Assembly (NCBI GenBank): GCA_041651315.1
Contig: JBAZJM010000003.1
Span: forward strand, 1-64,000
Origin: Lentisphaeria bacterium
GTDB lineage: Bacteria > Verrucomicrobiota > Lentisphaeria > Oligosphaerales > CAITYL01
Length of the DNA: 64,000 nucleotides
Direction of reading: 5' to 3'
Shown piece after piece: positions 42,584 through 52,763 of the stretch (position 1 is its first letter; the number at the start of each line of letters is the position of its first letter). The notes beneath the pieces are model-generated. The model saw only the letters and a program-made list of their open reading frames with translations. It had not been told where the DNA came from and did no database searches. The translations under genes were made by a program, and so were the position numbers.

Positions 42584-43051
42584 TTATTGAACAATAATCA
42601 CGTATCTTCCATCCCGCCATTCATGGATTATTGCTGTGGCAAGATGTTGAGCTAGAACAGCTTCCATGTACGGGAGATGATATTTTTTATCATCTATATT
42701 GAATTTCCAACAATGAGGGATTTTAGGTTTCCCTTTTTTCATTTTCCGAGTTGAGCACAACTCACTATTGGCCATAGGACAGTCTTTTATCTCAGCACAA
42801 ATATGCTCTTCTATCTTTATGAGACATCCTGTCGGTGATGTGCTTAATAATCCTTCAAGTTGTTTTGTCCCACCTATTTTAGCCAGTTCCAAAACATCCC
42901 GCGGGGCTTTCGTGCATCTATCGAGAATAGATGATATGGCTTTAACTATATTAATATCTCTTAACTCAGAAAAAACTTCAGGATCGATCTCAGATACATG
43001 AATTATTTCGCCAGTATTGAGACTCAACTCATATTGTAAAGGGCTAGACAT
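42584..43051 (-). CDS. hypothetical protein
   Basis: 155-aa ORF. Confidence 0.4.
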   Translation of the reverse strand: MSSPLQYELSLNTGEIIHVSEIDPEVFSELRDINIVKAISSILDRCTKAPRDVLELAKIGGTKQLEGLLSTSPTGCLIKIEEHICAEIKDCPMANSELCSTRKMKKGKPKIPHCWKFNIDDKKYHLPYMEAVLAQHLATAIIHEWRDGRYVIIVQ

Positions 43052-43053
43052 TG

Positions 43054-43686
43054 TTAATCAAGTGAGATATTTGAAGAGACACATGAGTTCATTAAATCTC
43101 GTAACTTGGCCAATACTTCAACCATCTCCATAGTCTGAACACCTTTATTTTTATCAAGATCGTACTGAACGACATCGAGAACACGACAAAATTTTATATA
43201 ATCACTAAATGATGTAGTATCCTTAAGTCTAGAAAGTTTTCCTTCTAACATCGCTAAGACTCTTGGAACATCTTGCCAAGCATCAGAAATATACTTAGCG
43301 GAACTTTTGTCTTTCGGTTCCTCAATGGGAGGACCATCTGGTCTCTGTTCAACACGAATATTATATCTACGTTCTAGAGTTCGTAAAGCGTCCATGAAAG
43401 GGACGCCCTTGAACTTCATGAACAGATTTATTGAGTCCCAGCTCGCATGACAAGATCCCCAACAGTGGACATGGGATGCTATATTTCCATCTGATGGGTA
43501 ATAACGAGCTGCCGGTGTTTTCGTATTTGGATGAAATGGACAAAATATTGAAATAGCAGTTTCTTCGTCAACAAGCTCTTCCCCATGACCATGTTCATGA
43601 AGACACTGATATGCTGAATACTTTTTTCGAACAGCTTCAAGACGCCGATGGAGCCATTGTTGCTGAGCAGTGTTTTTTTCACTCAT
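43054..43686 (-). CDS. DNA primase zinc-binding domain protein (DnaG-like Zn finger)
   Basis: CPFHPNTKTPAARYY...HCWGSCH matches the DnaG CHC2 zinc-finger signature (CPFHxEKTPSF). Confidence 0.55.
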   Translation of the reverse strand: MSEKNTAQQQWLHRRLEAVRKKYSAYQCLHEHGHGEELVDEETAISIFCPFHPNTKTPAARYYPSDGNIASHVHCWGSCHASWDSINLFMKFKGVPFMDALRTLERRYNIRVEQRPDGPPIEEPKDKSSAKYISDAWQDVPRVLAMLEGKLSRLKDTTSFSDYIKFCRVLDVVQYDLDKNKGVQTMEMVEVLAKLRDLMNSCVSSNISLD

Positions 43687-43730
43687 TACTTTTAACGTAC
43701 GGTGGATAAATCATAGAAACAGAGCATGGC

Positions 43731-43964
43731 ATGAAACCAGCCACAATAAGTATTAAAAATCTTCGTCAACATCGATATCCAATAATTGATGCTGCAGTGG
43801 CTAAATTTCGAGCAGAAATTCAAGCAGCAGATGATCAAAGAGTTTGGGATGCCTTAGATAAAATTGGGTATGAATGCAGTATCTGTAAAAAGGACATACG
43901 AAGAGACGATGTTCTATCCGATAACTGTCCTGAATGCACAATTCGATCTGTACTTGAAACCTGA
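43731..43964 (+). CDS. small zinc-ribbon protein
   Basis: CSICKK...CPEC in a 77-aa ORF. Confidence 0.35.
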   Translation: MKPATISIKNLRQHRYPIIDAAVAKFRAEIQAADDQRVWDALDKIGYECSICKKDIRRDDVLSDNCPECTIRSVLET

Positions 43965-45467
43965 TCAAGCAACAGCGTCATACATCATCTCAACACCACA
44001 ACTTAGTACCTGAGCGGCTTTAACGATGTTATCTGCGTCAAGATCTAGCATTCCGGTTACGATATCACGCATTCTCTTCGATTGCCAAATAATCTTGCCA
44101 ACCATGCGATCGAAAATTGGATTATCTCGGTTCTTCAAATTTCCAAGATAGAATTTACCTTCATTCCTGAGTACGTCATTCAAATATGTATAAGTGATGA
44201 CGTCAGCAGATTTCTCAATTTCATTTGCATATGAAATAGCAGAAATATCATAACGTCCATCAGCTTTATCGGCTCGAATTTTCCCTTGCCTATTCATCTG
44301 CCAGAGCCCTAAAACAGGAACTCCTTTGCCTCGAGCAAAATTCAATGCCATGAGACGGGCATTCTTAACAACATCATTTTGTGTTGCCACGTTATCTGCA
44401 GAATAACGTTTAGGCGTGACAAGACCTAAGTGGTCAACAATTATTCCATCACACCCATATTTATTATCAAACATTTCAGCTCGACGACGAATACCATCAA
44501 TTGTGGCTTCATCATCTTTCTTCGGACGCCAAACATAAAGCTTGTTCTTAGTAGTCTCTTGAAAATCTCGAGCTACTATTACAAGTCTTTCTTTGTCACG
44601 AGGAGAGAGCTCACCGTCACGAACTTTTCGATAATCTAAACCAGTATATCCATCTTCGTCATACCATTCAGTAACAAATTTTCCGTTTGCTGAATGGATA
44701 ACATAAAGTTGTCGACGAAGTTGACTGTACGGCATTTCAAGAATAGCATAAAAAATATTTTTACCATATTTGACTACGTTGTTATATGCATAATTCAATG
44801 CTAACGTAGTCTTCAATTCTCCGACGAATGCAGTATGAATCCAAAATTCGCCGCGTCGATGACCCTTACAAACTGAATCAACTGGTTCAAGACCGAAAAG
44901 ATTTCGATTCGAAAATTTATCGGTTTTTGCCGTTCTCTCATACTCAGCAAGTATTTCTTCACAGTCTTCAGTTATAATGCCCTCAAGTTTTTCACCGCCT
45001 TCAACTCGAGTGAAAGTGTGTAATCTTTCATAAAGATAATCAACAGCGTCAGAAACGCCGCGCAATACTTTCTTATTCTTACCCTCTGTCGTTCTCCCGT
45101 GTTCAGCGATAGCACTTGCATCGCGACAAAGAATGATAAGATTTTTAGTTTGTTGAAGATCTTGCTCAGCTCGAACTTGAGAAAGAAAATTTGTTCTTAT
45201 ATATGGAACAGCTTTTATTATTTCTTCAAGACGATTTACTGTTTCAATCTCATCTTGTCTCTCAAAATGTTCCCTGACAAGAGAGATGTCAGGAGGAGAT
45301 GACATTTGAGTATAAAATAATTTCAGATATTCTAAGATCTTCTTATCTTCTTCAGTATTATAATTGATTTCATGCTCACAGTAAACTTGCCAGTTTCGTA
45401 AGCATTCATCGGATTCAGGATGCTCACCAACCTGAATAAGACTTCGGTAAACATTATCAATGGACAT
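43965..45467 (-). CDS. DnaB-like / RecA-fold replicative helicase
   Basis: 500 aa. RecA-like C-terminal domain with GIIVDHLGLV and VLGLWQMNRQ motifs, typical of DnaB/gp41-type helicases. Confidence 0.5.
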   Translation of the reverse strand: MSIDNVYRSLIQVGEHPESDECLRNWQVYCEHEINYNTEEDKKILEYLKLFYTQMSSPPDISLVREHFERQDEIETVNRLEEIIKAVPYIRTNFLSQVRAEQDLQQTKNLIILCRDASAIAEHGRTTEGKNKKVLRGVSDAVDYLYERLHTFTRVEGGEKLEGIITEDCEEILAEYERTAKTDKFSNRNLFGLEPVDSVCKGHRRGEFWIHTAFVGELKTTLALNYAYNNVVKYGKNIFYAILEMPYSQLRRQLYVIHSANGKFVTEWYDEDGYTGLDYRKVRDGELSPRDKERLVIVARDFQETTKNKLYVWRPKKDDEATIDGIRRRAEMFDNKYGCDGIIVDHLGLVTPKRYSADNVATQNDVVKNARLMALNFARGKGVPVLGLWQMNRQGKIRADKADGRYDISAISYANEIEKSADVITYTYLNDVLRNEGKFYLGNLKNRDNPIFDRMVGKIIWQSKRMRDIVTGMLDLDADNIVKAAQVLSCGVEMMYDAVA

Positions 45468-46309
45468 TAATCTCTACCCCTGAACTTCTTGGACTTATTT
45501 ATACCACTACCGTAAGAAGAAAGAGCGCTGTCGATACCGTCATCGTCATCTGATGCTGATTGAATTACTCTCTTACTCTCTTTCTTAATTTCAGTAGACG
45601 GAACGACACGAGGGGGTCGAGTATCTTCATCCGGTCTCCCGAGGTCAGGAGTGGCGAAAAATGCATTAGTTGTTTCCGAATCAGTCTCGTTGATTTTTGG
45701 GACAAGGACTCTTGTAAACTCTCTAGCTATCAAATCGGCTACTCTTTTTGAATAGGATATACTAGTTGTACTAAACGGATCAGTTGGATCAGATACCAAC
45801 CAAACCGGCTTTCCATAATCAACCCGAAGTTTTATAGAATCTTCAAGAACACCAGAAGCGGCTTTATTTGAATTTGATATGAAATTTAAGCGGACGACTA
45901 AAAGATCTGGCGGTATTACGAAATCAGCCAAACTATTGTAAATAACGCCTTCATAATCAACACTTCTTTGCTTCTTTGAAAGTGATCCAACGTAAACTTC
46001 TTTCAGATCAAGATCGTTAGTATCTCGAATAAATCTATTGCTAGTCATCAATAGAATTTTCAGGATAGCTCTCACATCACTCCAATGAGCGATAAGAAAT
46101 AAGTTGTCTTTCGTTTGATTAACTACCGAGAGACGAACATGTTCTTTCTTAACCGTAGCCCTCTTAAGATGTGGCGGCATTCCCGCCTGAATTCTTCTTA
46201 AGTATCCACACATACATTCATGTGGTACATCATCCTTCATGCACCATCCAACCCCGGTACATGGTTTGCACCATTCAATGTTGGATTCCGCCTTCGATGG
46301 AGTACTCAT
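45467..46309 (-). CDS. hypothetical protein with N-terminal Cys cluster
   Basis: CKPCTGVGWCMKDDVPHECMCGY at the N-terminus and an acidic DDDDG C-terminus. Confidence 0.45.
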   Translation of the reverse strand: MSTPSKAESNIEWCKPCTGVGWCMKDDVPHECMCGYLRRIQAGMPPHLKRATVKKEHVRLSVVNQTKDNLFLIAHWSDVRAILKILLMTSNRFIRDTNDLDLKEVYVGSLSKKQRSVDYEGVIYNSLADFVIPPDLLVVRLNFISNSNKAASGVLEDSIKLRVDYGKPVWLVSDPTDPFSTTSISYSKRVADLIAREFTRVLVPKINETDSETTNAFFATPDLGRPDEDTRPPRVVPSTEIKKESKRVIQSASDDDDGIDSALSSYGSGINKSKKFRGRD

Positions 46310-48429
46310 ATGTCAGAAAAATCCAGATCTAAGTACAATCCGGCGGCCATTTTTGATGTAGCTGATGCTGCAGAATTTTGCTTAGTATCTTTTTGAACAG
46401 GCTTCTGTTTCTTCGAAGAAGTAGAATGAATATGTTTCATCTTTTCTTTGGCACCTGCTCTATCACCGGTTCTTTTTGCATCAAGAACGAGATTCATAAC
46501 TTCTTTCACTAAATCTGATTCAGTGAATTGAAGTCCGCCTTTCAATGCTTCACCGGAAACAGAATCGGCTAATTTTTTCTTTCCTCGAAGAATTTTAATG
46601 ACATGATCATCTATTGTCTTTTCTCCATTCTGACGTCTGGCAACTAGATGAGTAATGAGAACGGTTAAATGCTTACTACCGATTCTCTGAGGACGACCGA
46701 TAGTTTGAACATAATCGCCATAACTAAATGGGCTATCTACGAAAACAAGATGTTCAGTAGCCTGAAGATTCAAAGACTCTGAACCAGCACTAGTGATTAA
46801 CATTACGTTAACACCAGAATCGGGGTCTTGATAAGTTCTTACATGTTCAGTACGAACTTTGGCATTCGATTCTTTTCCAGTAATACGAGTGCAATTGATT
46901 TTTTCTTTCTTGAGACGAGCTTCTATCAAACTGATCATTCGCTCAAAAGCAGAAAAAACAAGTACCTTTGCGTCTGGGTTTTCTTGAAGAATTTCGACAA
47001 GTTGGTCGATTTTTGAAGATTCGCCTTCAAAGGGTTTTCCTTCTTCATCAGCTAAAAGCTGTGGAGCATCACACGCCTGACGAATCATGGTCATCGTCTT
47101 CAGCGTTTGAGTATTATCGTCGTCCGGATTTGCTTCAGCTTCAGCAAGAAGTAATTCTGCTAAATCATATAACTCTTCCTGCTCCGGAGAGAGTGTGCAA
47201 ATAATTTCTCGAGTGATGAGCTCAGGAAGTTCTTTCGCAACATCATGTTTACGTCTCGAGAGATAAAACGGCTCTACTTTTTGTACGAAAGCTTCAAGTT
47301 GCTCTTTAGAATGACCGACAACTACAGGAATTTGTCTACCGCCACCTATCCTCTGCATTTTCATAACGCAATAATCACGTTGAAAATGAGTAACTTTCGG
47401 AAAAAGTTCTGGATAGATGATTCGAAATATAGCAAAGAATTCCATTAATCGATTCTTTACTGGGGTTGCTGTCATCCCAACAACTCTATTGAATGGTTTC
47501 GCAGCAATATAAAATAATTTATGAAGTTTTCCTTGATAATTCTTTAGAACATGTATCTCGTCACAGACGAGCATCATTTTAGTATTCGGGTTCTTCTTCC
47601 TGAATTTTGCTAGATGTTTAAGGAGTCCTTCGGCTATCATCGGTGGCTCTACAGCATCTTTTGCCACCGCGATTGCCTTATCAGCTTCTTCCATACCATG
47701 TCGTAATGAAAGAACTTGAGCTAAAACAGCTTCATCTTCTGGTGTCCAATCACTAGGTGGTTTAGCTCGACAACCCATCTCTTCATCAGATGGTTTCAGT
47801 TTTTCAATTAAGAAATCCTTAGTTGCTTGATCTCTTCCATCAAATCTAGTTCTAAATTTAGTTTTCCAAGTAGCATAAGTTTCAGCTAAGGATTTTTTGA
47901 AGTCTTTAGCTTCTTTCAAGCGTTTCTTGTCATCTTTAGTCGGCTTTTGACTTCTATCTCGAACTACAGATTGTTCTGCGTCTTTAAGAAAGGTGTCATA
48001 AGTCATGACAAGAAGACGCTTCTTAGATGGATCGTGATTGAAGAAGAAATCTTTGTAGATCTCATCTCGTTCAAATGGTTCCCCATCTGAAACCACAACG
48101 GATATACCCGTCATAAATCTATTGGCTTCATCCCTCCATTGATATAAAGAAGACTTTCGAGTGACGACAATAGGAACATAGTCCGGTTCAACTAACCAGA
48201 CATATCCGATAACACTCAAAACTTCAAGTGTTTTTCCTAACCCCGTGTCGTCTCCAAGAAGACTTCTTGTAACCTGCAAGAGATTCATTATCCCTTGCGC
48301 TTGATAATTTCGAACTACGACATCTTTTTCAACGCCATATTCATCAATATACTTGCTTCTTAGATAGGGACTTGGCTTAAGTTTTATGGATTCGTTAGTT
48401 CGAATTGCCCTGATATGTTCTATATCCAC
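46306..48429 (-). CDS. SNF2-family DEAD/DEAH-box helicase
   Basis: Motif I GDDTGLGKT, motif II LVCDEIHVLKN, and a helicase C domain (VLVFSAF...ITSAGSESLNLQ...QTIGRPQRIGS). Confidence 0.85.
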   Translation of the reverse strand: MDIEHIRAIRTNESIKLKPSPYLRSKYIDEYGVEKDVVVRNYQAQGIMNLLQVTRSLLGDDTGLGKTLEVLSVIGYVWLVEPDYVPIVVTRKSSLYQWRDEANRFMTGISVVVSDGEPFERDEIYKDFFFNHDPSKKRLLVMTYDTFLKDAEQSVVRDRSQKPTKDDKKRLKEAKDFKKSLAETYATWKTKFRTRFDGRDQATKDFLIEKLKPSDEEMGCRAKPPSDWTPEDEAVLAQVLSLRHGMEEADKAIAVAKDAVEPPMIAEGLLKHLAKFRKKNPNTKMMLVCDEIHVLKNYQGKLHKLFYIAAKPFNRVVGMTATPVKNRLMEFFAIFRIIYPELFPKVTHFQRDYCVMKMQRIGGGRQIPVVVGHSKEQLEAFVQKVEPFYLSRRKHDVAKELPELITREIICTLSPEQEELYDLAELLLAEAEANPDDDNTQTLKTMTMIRQACDAPQLLADEEGKPFEGESSKIDQLVEILQENPDAKVLVFSAFERMISLIEARLKKEKINCTRITGKESNAKVRTEHVRTYQDPDSGVNVMLITSAGSESLNLQATEHLVFVDSPFSYGDYVQTIGRPQRIGSKHLTVLITHLVARRQNGEKTIDDHVIKILRGKKKLADSVSGEALKGGLQFTESDLVKEVMNLVLDAKRTGDRAGAKEKMKHIHSTSSKKQKPVQKDTKQNSAASATSKMAAGLYLDLDFSDI

Positions 48430-48540
48430 TTAAAAAACATACAGGAGAAGCTTATTCATGATAACACGAGTCTCACAAGCCGACGAAAGCCCTTTTCTGA
48501 CCTTCCGATATACTTTTTGATATGGACCGGCTAGTTTAGG

Positions 48541-49239
48541 TCATTCTTGAGCAGGAAACCCGTTTTCGACCAAACTCATATTATTATATCGAATATCCAT
48601 CGTTACTTCTTTTCCGATCCACGGTGGTTTAATTATAGTAGCATCTTCTGAATCGATTTCAACTTCAGCTAACCATCCGCCCGATAGATCTTCAAAGAAT
48701 TGATCGATTTCCCAAGTCCGTCCTTCAAACGGGAACTTATAACGAATTTTCGTTATTACTCTCTTACACATCTTAATAAGACGATTCCCGTCAATTCGTG
48801 GGATTGGATACTCAAATTCCTCACGTTTAAACAGAGCAGCTTGCTTTATCGTAATGCAAGCTTCATTATTATTGACGAGTCTTATTCGAATTGGTGGATC
48901 TTTCGATAAATAACCTTGCTTTATTAATTCACCACCTTCGAAAACAGGAAGCTGATCAATTAAAACAAGATACTTCCGTTCAATTTCAATCCGGGCTGGA
49001 ATGTCATTAATATGAACAAACCACTCAGTTTCAAGAGCTTTAGGTATTTCAATTCCTGAAGAATCGAATTTACATATAATATAGTGTTCTTTCAACCAAA
49101 TCTCATCGCCCTTTTTCACTGCAGGTTGAAATACTTTATGATAGACATCTTCACCAGCAGCAATTCTTTTGAATGCTATTTCAAAAGAGACTGGTGTAAA
49201 ATCTTTTAAGTTGACCGGCGCATGTGAATCTTTAACCAT
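48541..49239 (-). CDS. CYTH-domain (triphosphate tunnel metalloenzyme) protein
   Basis: EIERKYLV (CYTH ExExK signature) opens the C-terminal domain. An N-terminal domain of about 90 aa is unassigned. Confidence 0.55.
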   Translation of the reverse strand: MVKDSHAPVNLKDFTPVSFEIAFKRIAAGEDVYHKVFQPAVKKGDEIWLKEHYIICKFDSSGIEIPKALETEWFVHINDIPARIEIERKYLVLIDQLPVFEGGELIKQGYLSKDPPIRIRLVNNNEACITIKQAALFKREEFEYPIPRIDGNRLIKMCKRVITKIRYKFPFEGRTWEIDQFFEDLSGGWLAEVEIDSEDATIIKPPWIGKEVTMDIRYNNMSLVENGFPAQE

Positions 49240-49263
49240 GCACCAAACATACAGAAAAGATAA

Positions 49264-49911
49264 TCAGTTGAAACTGAAATAAATAGAGGTGAATGCTGAA
49301 GAATCAAAACCTCTATAAACAAATGCGTATCCGGCAGTTACACCGAAATTCTTCGTAATATCAAAACCAGGACCGATACCGATACTTCGAATGCCTGGAC
49401 TAACTGCTAAATTGACCGGTCCCACATGGAAAAAATCGAGACCAATCGATGCATCCCAAAAATCTTTTACTCCTCCAGAAAAAGATTTAATCATTTCAGG
49501 AACTAAAATTCCCGCTTGTGCTCGAATCCGAAGTCTAAACATCGGATCTGGAGGCTTCTCTCGATAATTGACCTGAATAGGAAGAGTCGCTTCCATGTCA
49601 CGTTCAATTGTAGGACCAAGTTTTAGTTTAAGTTTTATCGGTTTTTCCTTACCACCATTGATATAAACTCGGTTATCCCAGTCACGGATGATAATGATAG
49701 TATCCGTGACTTCAATTTTAGCCGGGGATTCTTTAATCCCTTTGAGTTCTTTCAAAGCTGCAGCTACCTGTGCACTATCACTCTCCGATAGGCATATTCC
49801 GTTGCAAACTTGAATGTCGTGAATTTGCTTTTGTTCTGGTGGATCCGGTGTTGGCTGTTGAGCAAAACCGGTGGATGAAACGAGTAATATCGCCGGGATG
49901 AGTAGTTTCAC
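49264..49911 (-). CDS. secreted protein (signal peptide)
   Basis: MKLLIPAILLVSSTGFAQQ signal peptide in a 215-aa ORF. Confidence 0.5.
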   Translation of the reverse strand: MKLLIPAILLVSSTGFAQQPTPDPPEQKQIHDIQVCNGICLSESDSAQVAAALKELKGIKESPAKIEVTDTIIIIRDWDNRVYINGGKEKPIKLKLKLGPTIERDMEATLPIQVNYREKPPDPMFRLRIRAQAGILVPEMIKSFSGGVKDFWDASIGLDFFHVGPVNLAVSPGIRSIGIGPGFDITKNFGVTAGYAFVYRGFDSSAFTSIYFSFN

Positions 49912-49943
49912 AACCTAACTCTACCCAGCAAATTCAGACTCGT

Positions 49944-50927
49944 TCATTCAACGGTTTGCGTTGCACAACAGTAGCCCGTTCCAACTGGAGTATATTCACT
50001 GTTCTTCACTGCTACAACACATCCAGCGGGTGGAGTAGATGGATTCAGACAATCGTAGAGATACGGTTTCCCTGCGGTGGCGCCAGTCGTTGGACAAGCT
50101 GGCGGGAAGTCAGCCCAGGCAACCATGCAAGAATTCTTGGTGAAGTTGCAGCAATAATTCTGCACTGAGGGATCGGTAGAAGCAGTTGGCGCCAGTTGAC
50201 ACCTTGCATGCGTATTGAATGAAGTATCGGGCGCACTGCTATAAGAATAGCCAAACGACTTCCACCCGTCAACACTAACATCGGAACAATCAATAGCGGT
50301 GTTTCGAACCGGACCAGCACAGTGTCGTGTTGCGTCACAAGTCTGGAAGACGCTGCAAATTGCCGATGGATTGTTTGGATTGCAGGCGAGACCTGTTGAT
50401 GTTCCGCCAGCAGCGTTGGACCTGCCACCAGTGGCACCGCCAATATTGGACCTGCCACCAACTGAAGAAGAACCACCGGAACCTTCGCCTGCCTTACCGC
50501 CGGTAGCCGGAGTAGAACCACCGGTAGCCTGCGTCGTGTTACCGCCGGTAGCCTGTGGACTCGAGCCGCCACTAGCCTGAACTGCACCACCACTAGCAGG
50601 AACAGAACCACCGGAACCAGGCTGCGAAGAACCACCGGTAGCCTGCGTGCCTTGCCCACCCTGCCCACTACCAGCTACCGTCGTGGTAGTAGTCGTACTC
50701 GAGGAACCACCGGACGTAGTAGTCGTACTCGAGGAACCACCGGGAATAGTTGTAGTAGTCGTACTCGAGGAACCGCCAGGCGTGGTCGAAGTATCGCCAC
50801 CAAATTCCGTAGTAGATGCTCCAGCCACTCCGCCAGTTTCGTCGATCTTCGTAGAAGTCGCATCAACTGCGTCAGAACCACAACCCGTGATGAAGAGAAC
50901 CAATAGTGCTGCAAAATTTGATTTCAT
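49944..50927 (-). CDS. lipoprotein, Ser/Thr/Gly-rich with tandem repeats and Cys-rich C-terminal domain
   Basis: MKSNFAALLVLFITGCGSD lipobox. The DNA at 50690-50790 is about three 33-nt tandem repeats encoding GGSSSTTTT. The C-terminus holds about 12 Cys. Confidence 0.6.
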   Translation of the reverse strand: MKSNFAALLVLFITGCGSDAVDATSTKIDETGGVAGASTTEFGGDTSTTPGGSSSTTTTTIPGGSSSTTTTSGGSSSTTTTTTVAGSGQGGQGTQATGGSSQPGSGGSVPASGGAVQASGGSSPQATGGNTTQATGGSTPATGGKAGEGSGGSSSVGGRSNIGGATGGRSNAAGGTSTGLACNPNNPSAICSVFQTCDATRHCAGPVRNTAIDCSDVSVDGWKSFGYSYSSAPDTSFNTHARCQLAPTASTDPSVQNYCCNFTKNSCMVAWADFPPACPTTGATAGKPYLYDCLNPSTPPAGCVVAVKNSEYTPVGTGYCCATQTVE

Positions 50928-50982
50928 ATTATCTCCGTTCCCCGAATGGTAAGAAATAGGGCACGAGATTTACGGAATCAGT

Positions 50983-51564
50983 TCATTTTCCAGACACTAG
51001 CCCTATTTGTTCAGGAAGATCATCATTATCCGACCATCCGTGTCTATTTTCTGCCAAAGTTTCACGGATAGTTGCTCCCGGATTTTCCTTAATTAATCTA
51101 TCGTAAAGAGTTATATAAACAGCCGCTGAAAGATTAACACAATGACGTGTCGGAATTACGACAAATCTATGACAACGAGAAAGAATGGAAGGAGGTACAC
51201 TCCCATCTTCCGGTCCAAAAATGTAAAGAGCTTTTTCTGGATGAATAAAAGAAGCCAGTGATTCAGAATTAGGACGTAATTCAATAGCAACCGGAACAAC
51301 AGTATCATCATACTGATCAAGAAAATGATCGTATTGACGAAGTTCGACTTCTTTGAACCCCTTCATCCGTTCTTCGCGTGGCAGTTTTTTCATTTGGCTT
51401 AATGCGAATTGAACTCTTTCGCCCGTAAACCAAACTTGATCGACACCAAAACAGCTAGCAGCCCTCATGGCGGCTCCAACATTATGAGGAAACCGCGGAT
51501 TCATGAGAGCGACTGCTGGAAGTCGACCTAACTTTTTTGCGTTCTTACCGTAAATCTCGGGCAT
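50983..51564 (-). CDS. SpoU/TrmH-family RNA 2'-O-methyltransferase (SPOUT)
   Basis: NVGAAMRAASCFGVDQVWF and LYIFGPEDGSVP motifs. Confidence 0.7.
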   Translation of the reverse strand: MPEIYGKNAKKLGRLPAVALMNPRFPHNVGAAMRAASCFGVDQVWFTGERVQFALSQMKKLPREERMKGFKEVELRQYDHFLDQYDDTVVPVAIELRPNSESLASFIHPEKALYIFGPEDGSVPPSILSRCHRFVVIPTRHCVNLSAAVYITLYDRLIKENPGATIRETLAENRHGWSDNDDLPEQIGLVSGK

Positions 51565-51578
51565 TACCGAGATTACAA

Positions 51579-52094
51579 TTAACCGCCAAGCTTCCCGATC
51601 AAATTATTGAGATCAGCCGGTTTAATACCAGTGTCTTTGTTTCGAACTTCATAGACATCCGGTTTTACTTCAACTACCTCTTGAACATCCTTATTCTTCA
51701 CACCAGTAGGAAGATCGATAACGACTTTTCCTTTATCAGGATGAACAATAGTTACGGTAGAAGGATTTGAAAAAATACCAGGATCAGCAATTTGGGTAGC
51801 TACTGGTGCCTGGACAAATCCTTGTTTATCAGATTCACCAGGAAGAATTGGAGTCCCGTCATCCTTTTTACGCTCTTCCGGAGGAATACCTCGAACATTC
51901 TCTTTTTTCTTTCCCCAAAGAGAACCGAGAATCCCACCTATTTGAAAAGTCTTACCGGCTGCAAGCATGGCAATTGCCACGATAATTAATATGACAGTTA
52001 CGGCAAAAGCAATTGGATAACGAACACAAAGATTCCCAATTGCTTTGCCGAGTGCCTTTAGGTATATCCAAATGGATGAAAAAAACTTTTTCAT
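51579..52094 (-). CDS. membrane protein (single TM)
   Basis: Hydrophobic helix AFAVTVILIIVAIAMLAA in a 171-aa ORF. Confidence 0.4.
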   Translation of the reverse strand: MKKFFSSIWIYLKALGKAIGNLCVRYPIAFAVTVILIIVAIAMLAAGKTFQIGGILGSLWGKKKENVRGIPPEERKKDDGTPILPGESDKQGFVQAPVATQIADPGIFSNPSTVTIVHPDKGKVVIDLPTGVKNKDVQEVVEVKPDVYEVRNKDTGIKPADLNNLIGKLGG

Positions 52095-52744
52095 TTTGGC
52101 CTTGCGCTTGAGTCCATACGAGGACGAATTTGTTGAGTTTTTTCAGGAGGCGCTGGGCGAGGACGAATTTGTTGAGTTTTTTCAGAAGGTATTGGACGAG
52201 CAGCAACTTGACGAGCAGCAATCTTATTTATCCGAAGAACTGAAGGACCATTAATAAAACCGAGAGTTTGCATCCAAGTCACTGCTTGAAATTCAACAAC
52301 TTCAGCAAAGTCTTTAGAAGCGAAAGCTTCTGGAGTTAAAGAAATAATAACTGAGGTTCCTTCAGCTGCTTTACCATAATCGACAATCGATATACTTCGA
52401 CCATCTCTTATCCTATATAATTCATTAGCTTTATTAGTTTCCCAATAGTCCAGTAATTCCTTAACTGAGGAAACTAAAATAGTTTCACTAGTTAGTTCCT
52501 TACCGAATTTTTCCCAAACGTAAATTTTTCCCTTAAAGGGTTGGGAGTGTCTTAATCCAGCAAGTTTTCTGTAATCTTCAGCTGATGTACAAACCACACT
52601 ATCAAATTCAGGATCTAAATCGTAAACATTATATCCAAATACTGCTTTCCCGAAATCTGAATAAAGTGTTTTCTTTTGACCTACGATAGAGTCAATGTGG
52701 TTTTTTAGAGATTGAACGTCTGGAAAAATCTGTTCGTATGCCAT
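52091..52744 (-). CDS. hypothetical protein
   Basis: 217-aa ORF with a Pro-rich repeat at the C-terminus (PIPSEKTQQIRPRPAPPEKTQQIRPR). Confidence 0.45.
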   Translation of the reverse strand: MAYEQIFPDVQSLKNHIDSIVGQKKTLYSDFGKAVFGYNVYDLDPEFDSVVCTSAEDYRKLAGLRHSQPFKGKIYVWEKFGKELTSETILVSSVKELLDYWETNKANELYRIRDGRSISIVDYGKAAEGTSVIISLTPEAFASKDFAEVVEFQAVTWMQTLGFINGPSVLRINKIAARQVAARPIPSEKTQQIRPRPAPPEKTQQIRPRMDSSARPK

Positions 52745-52763
52745 AATGATTCAGTTCCCTAAC

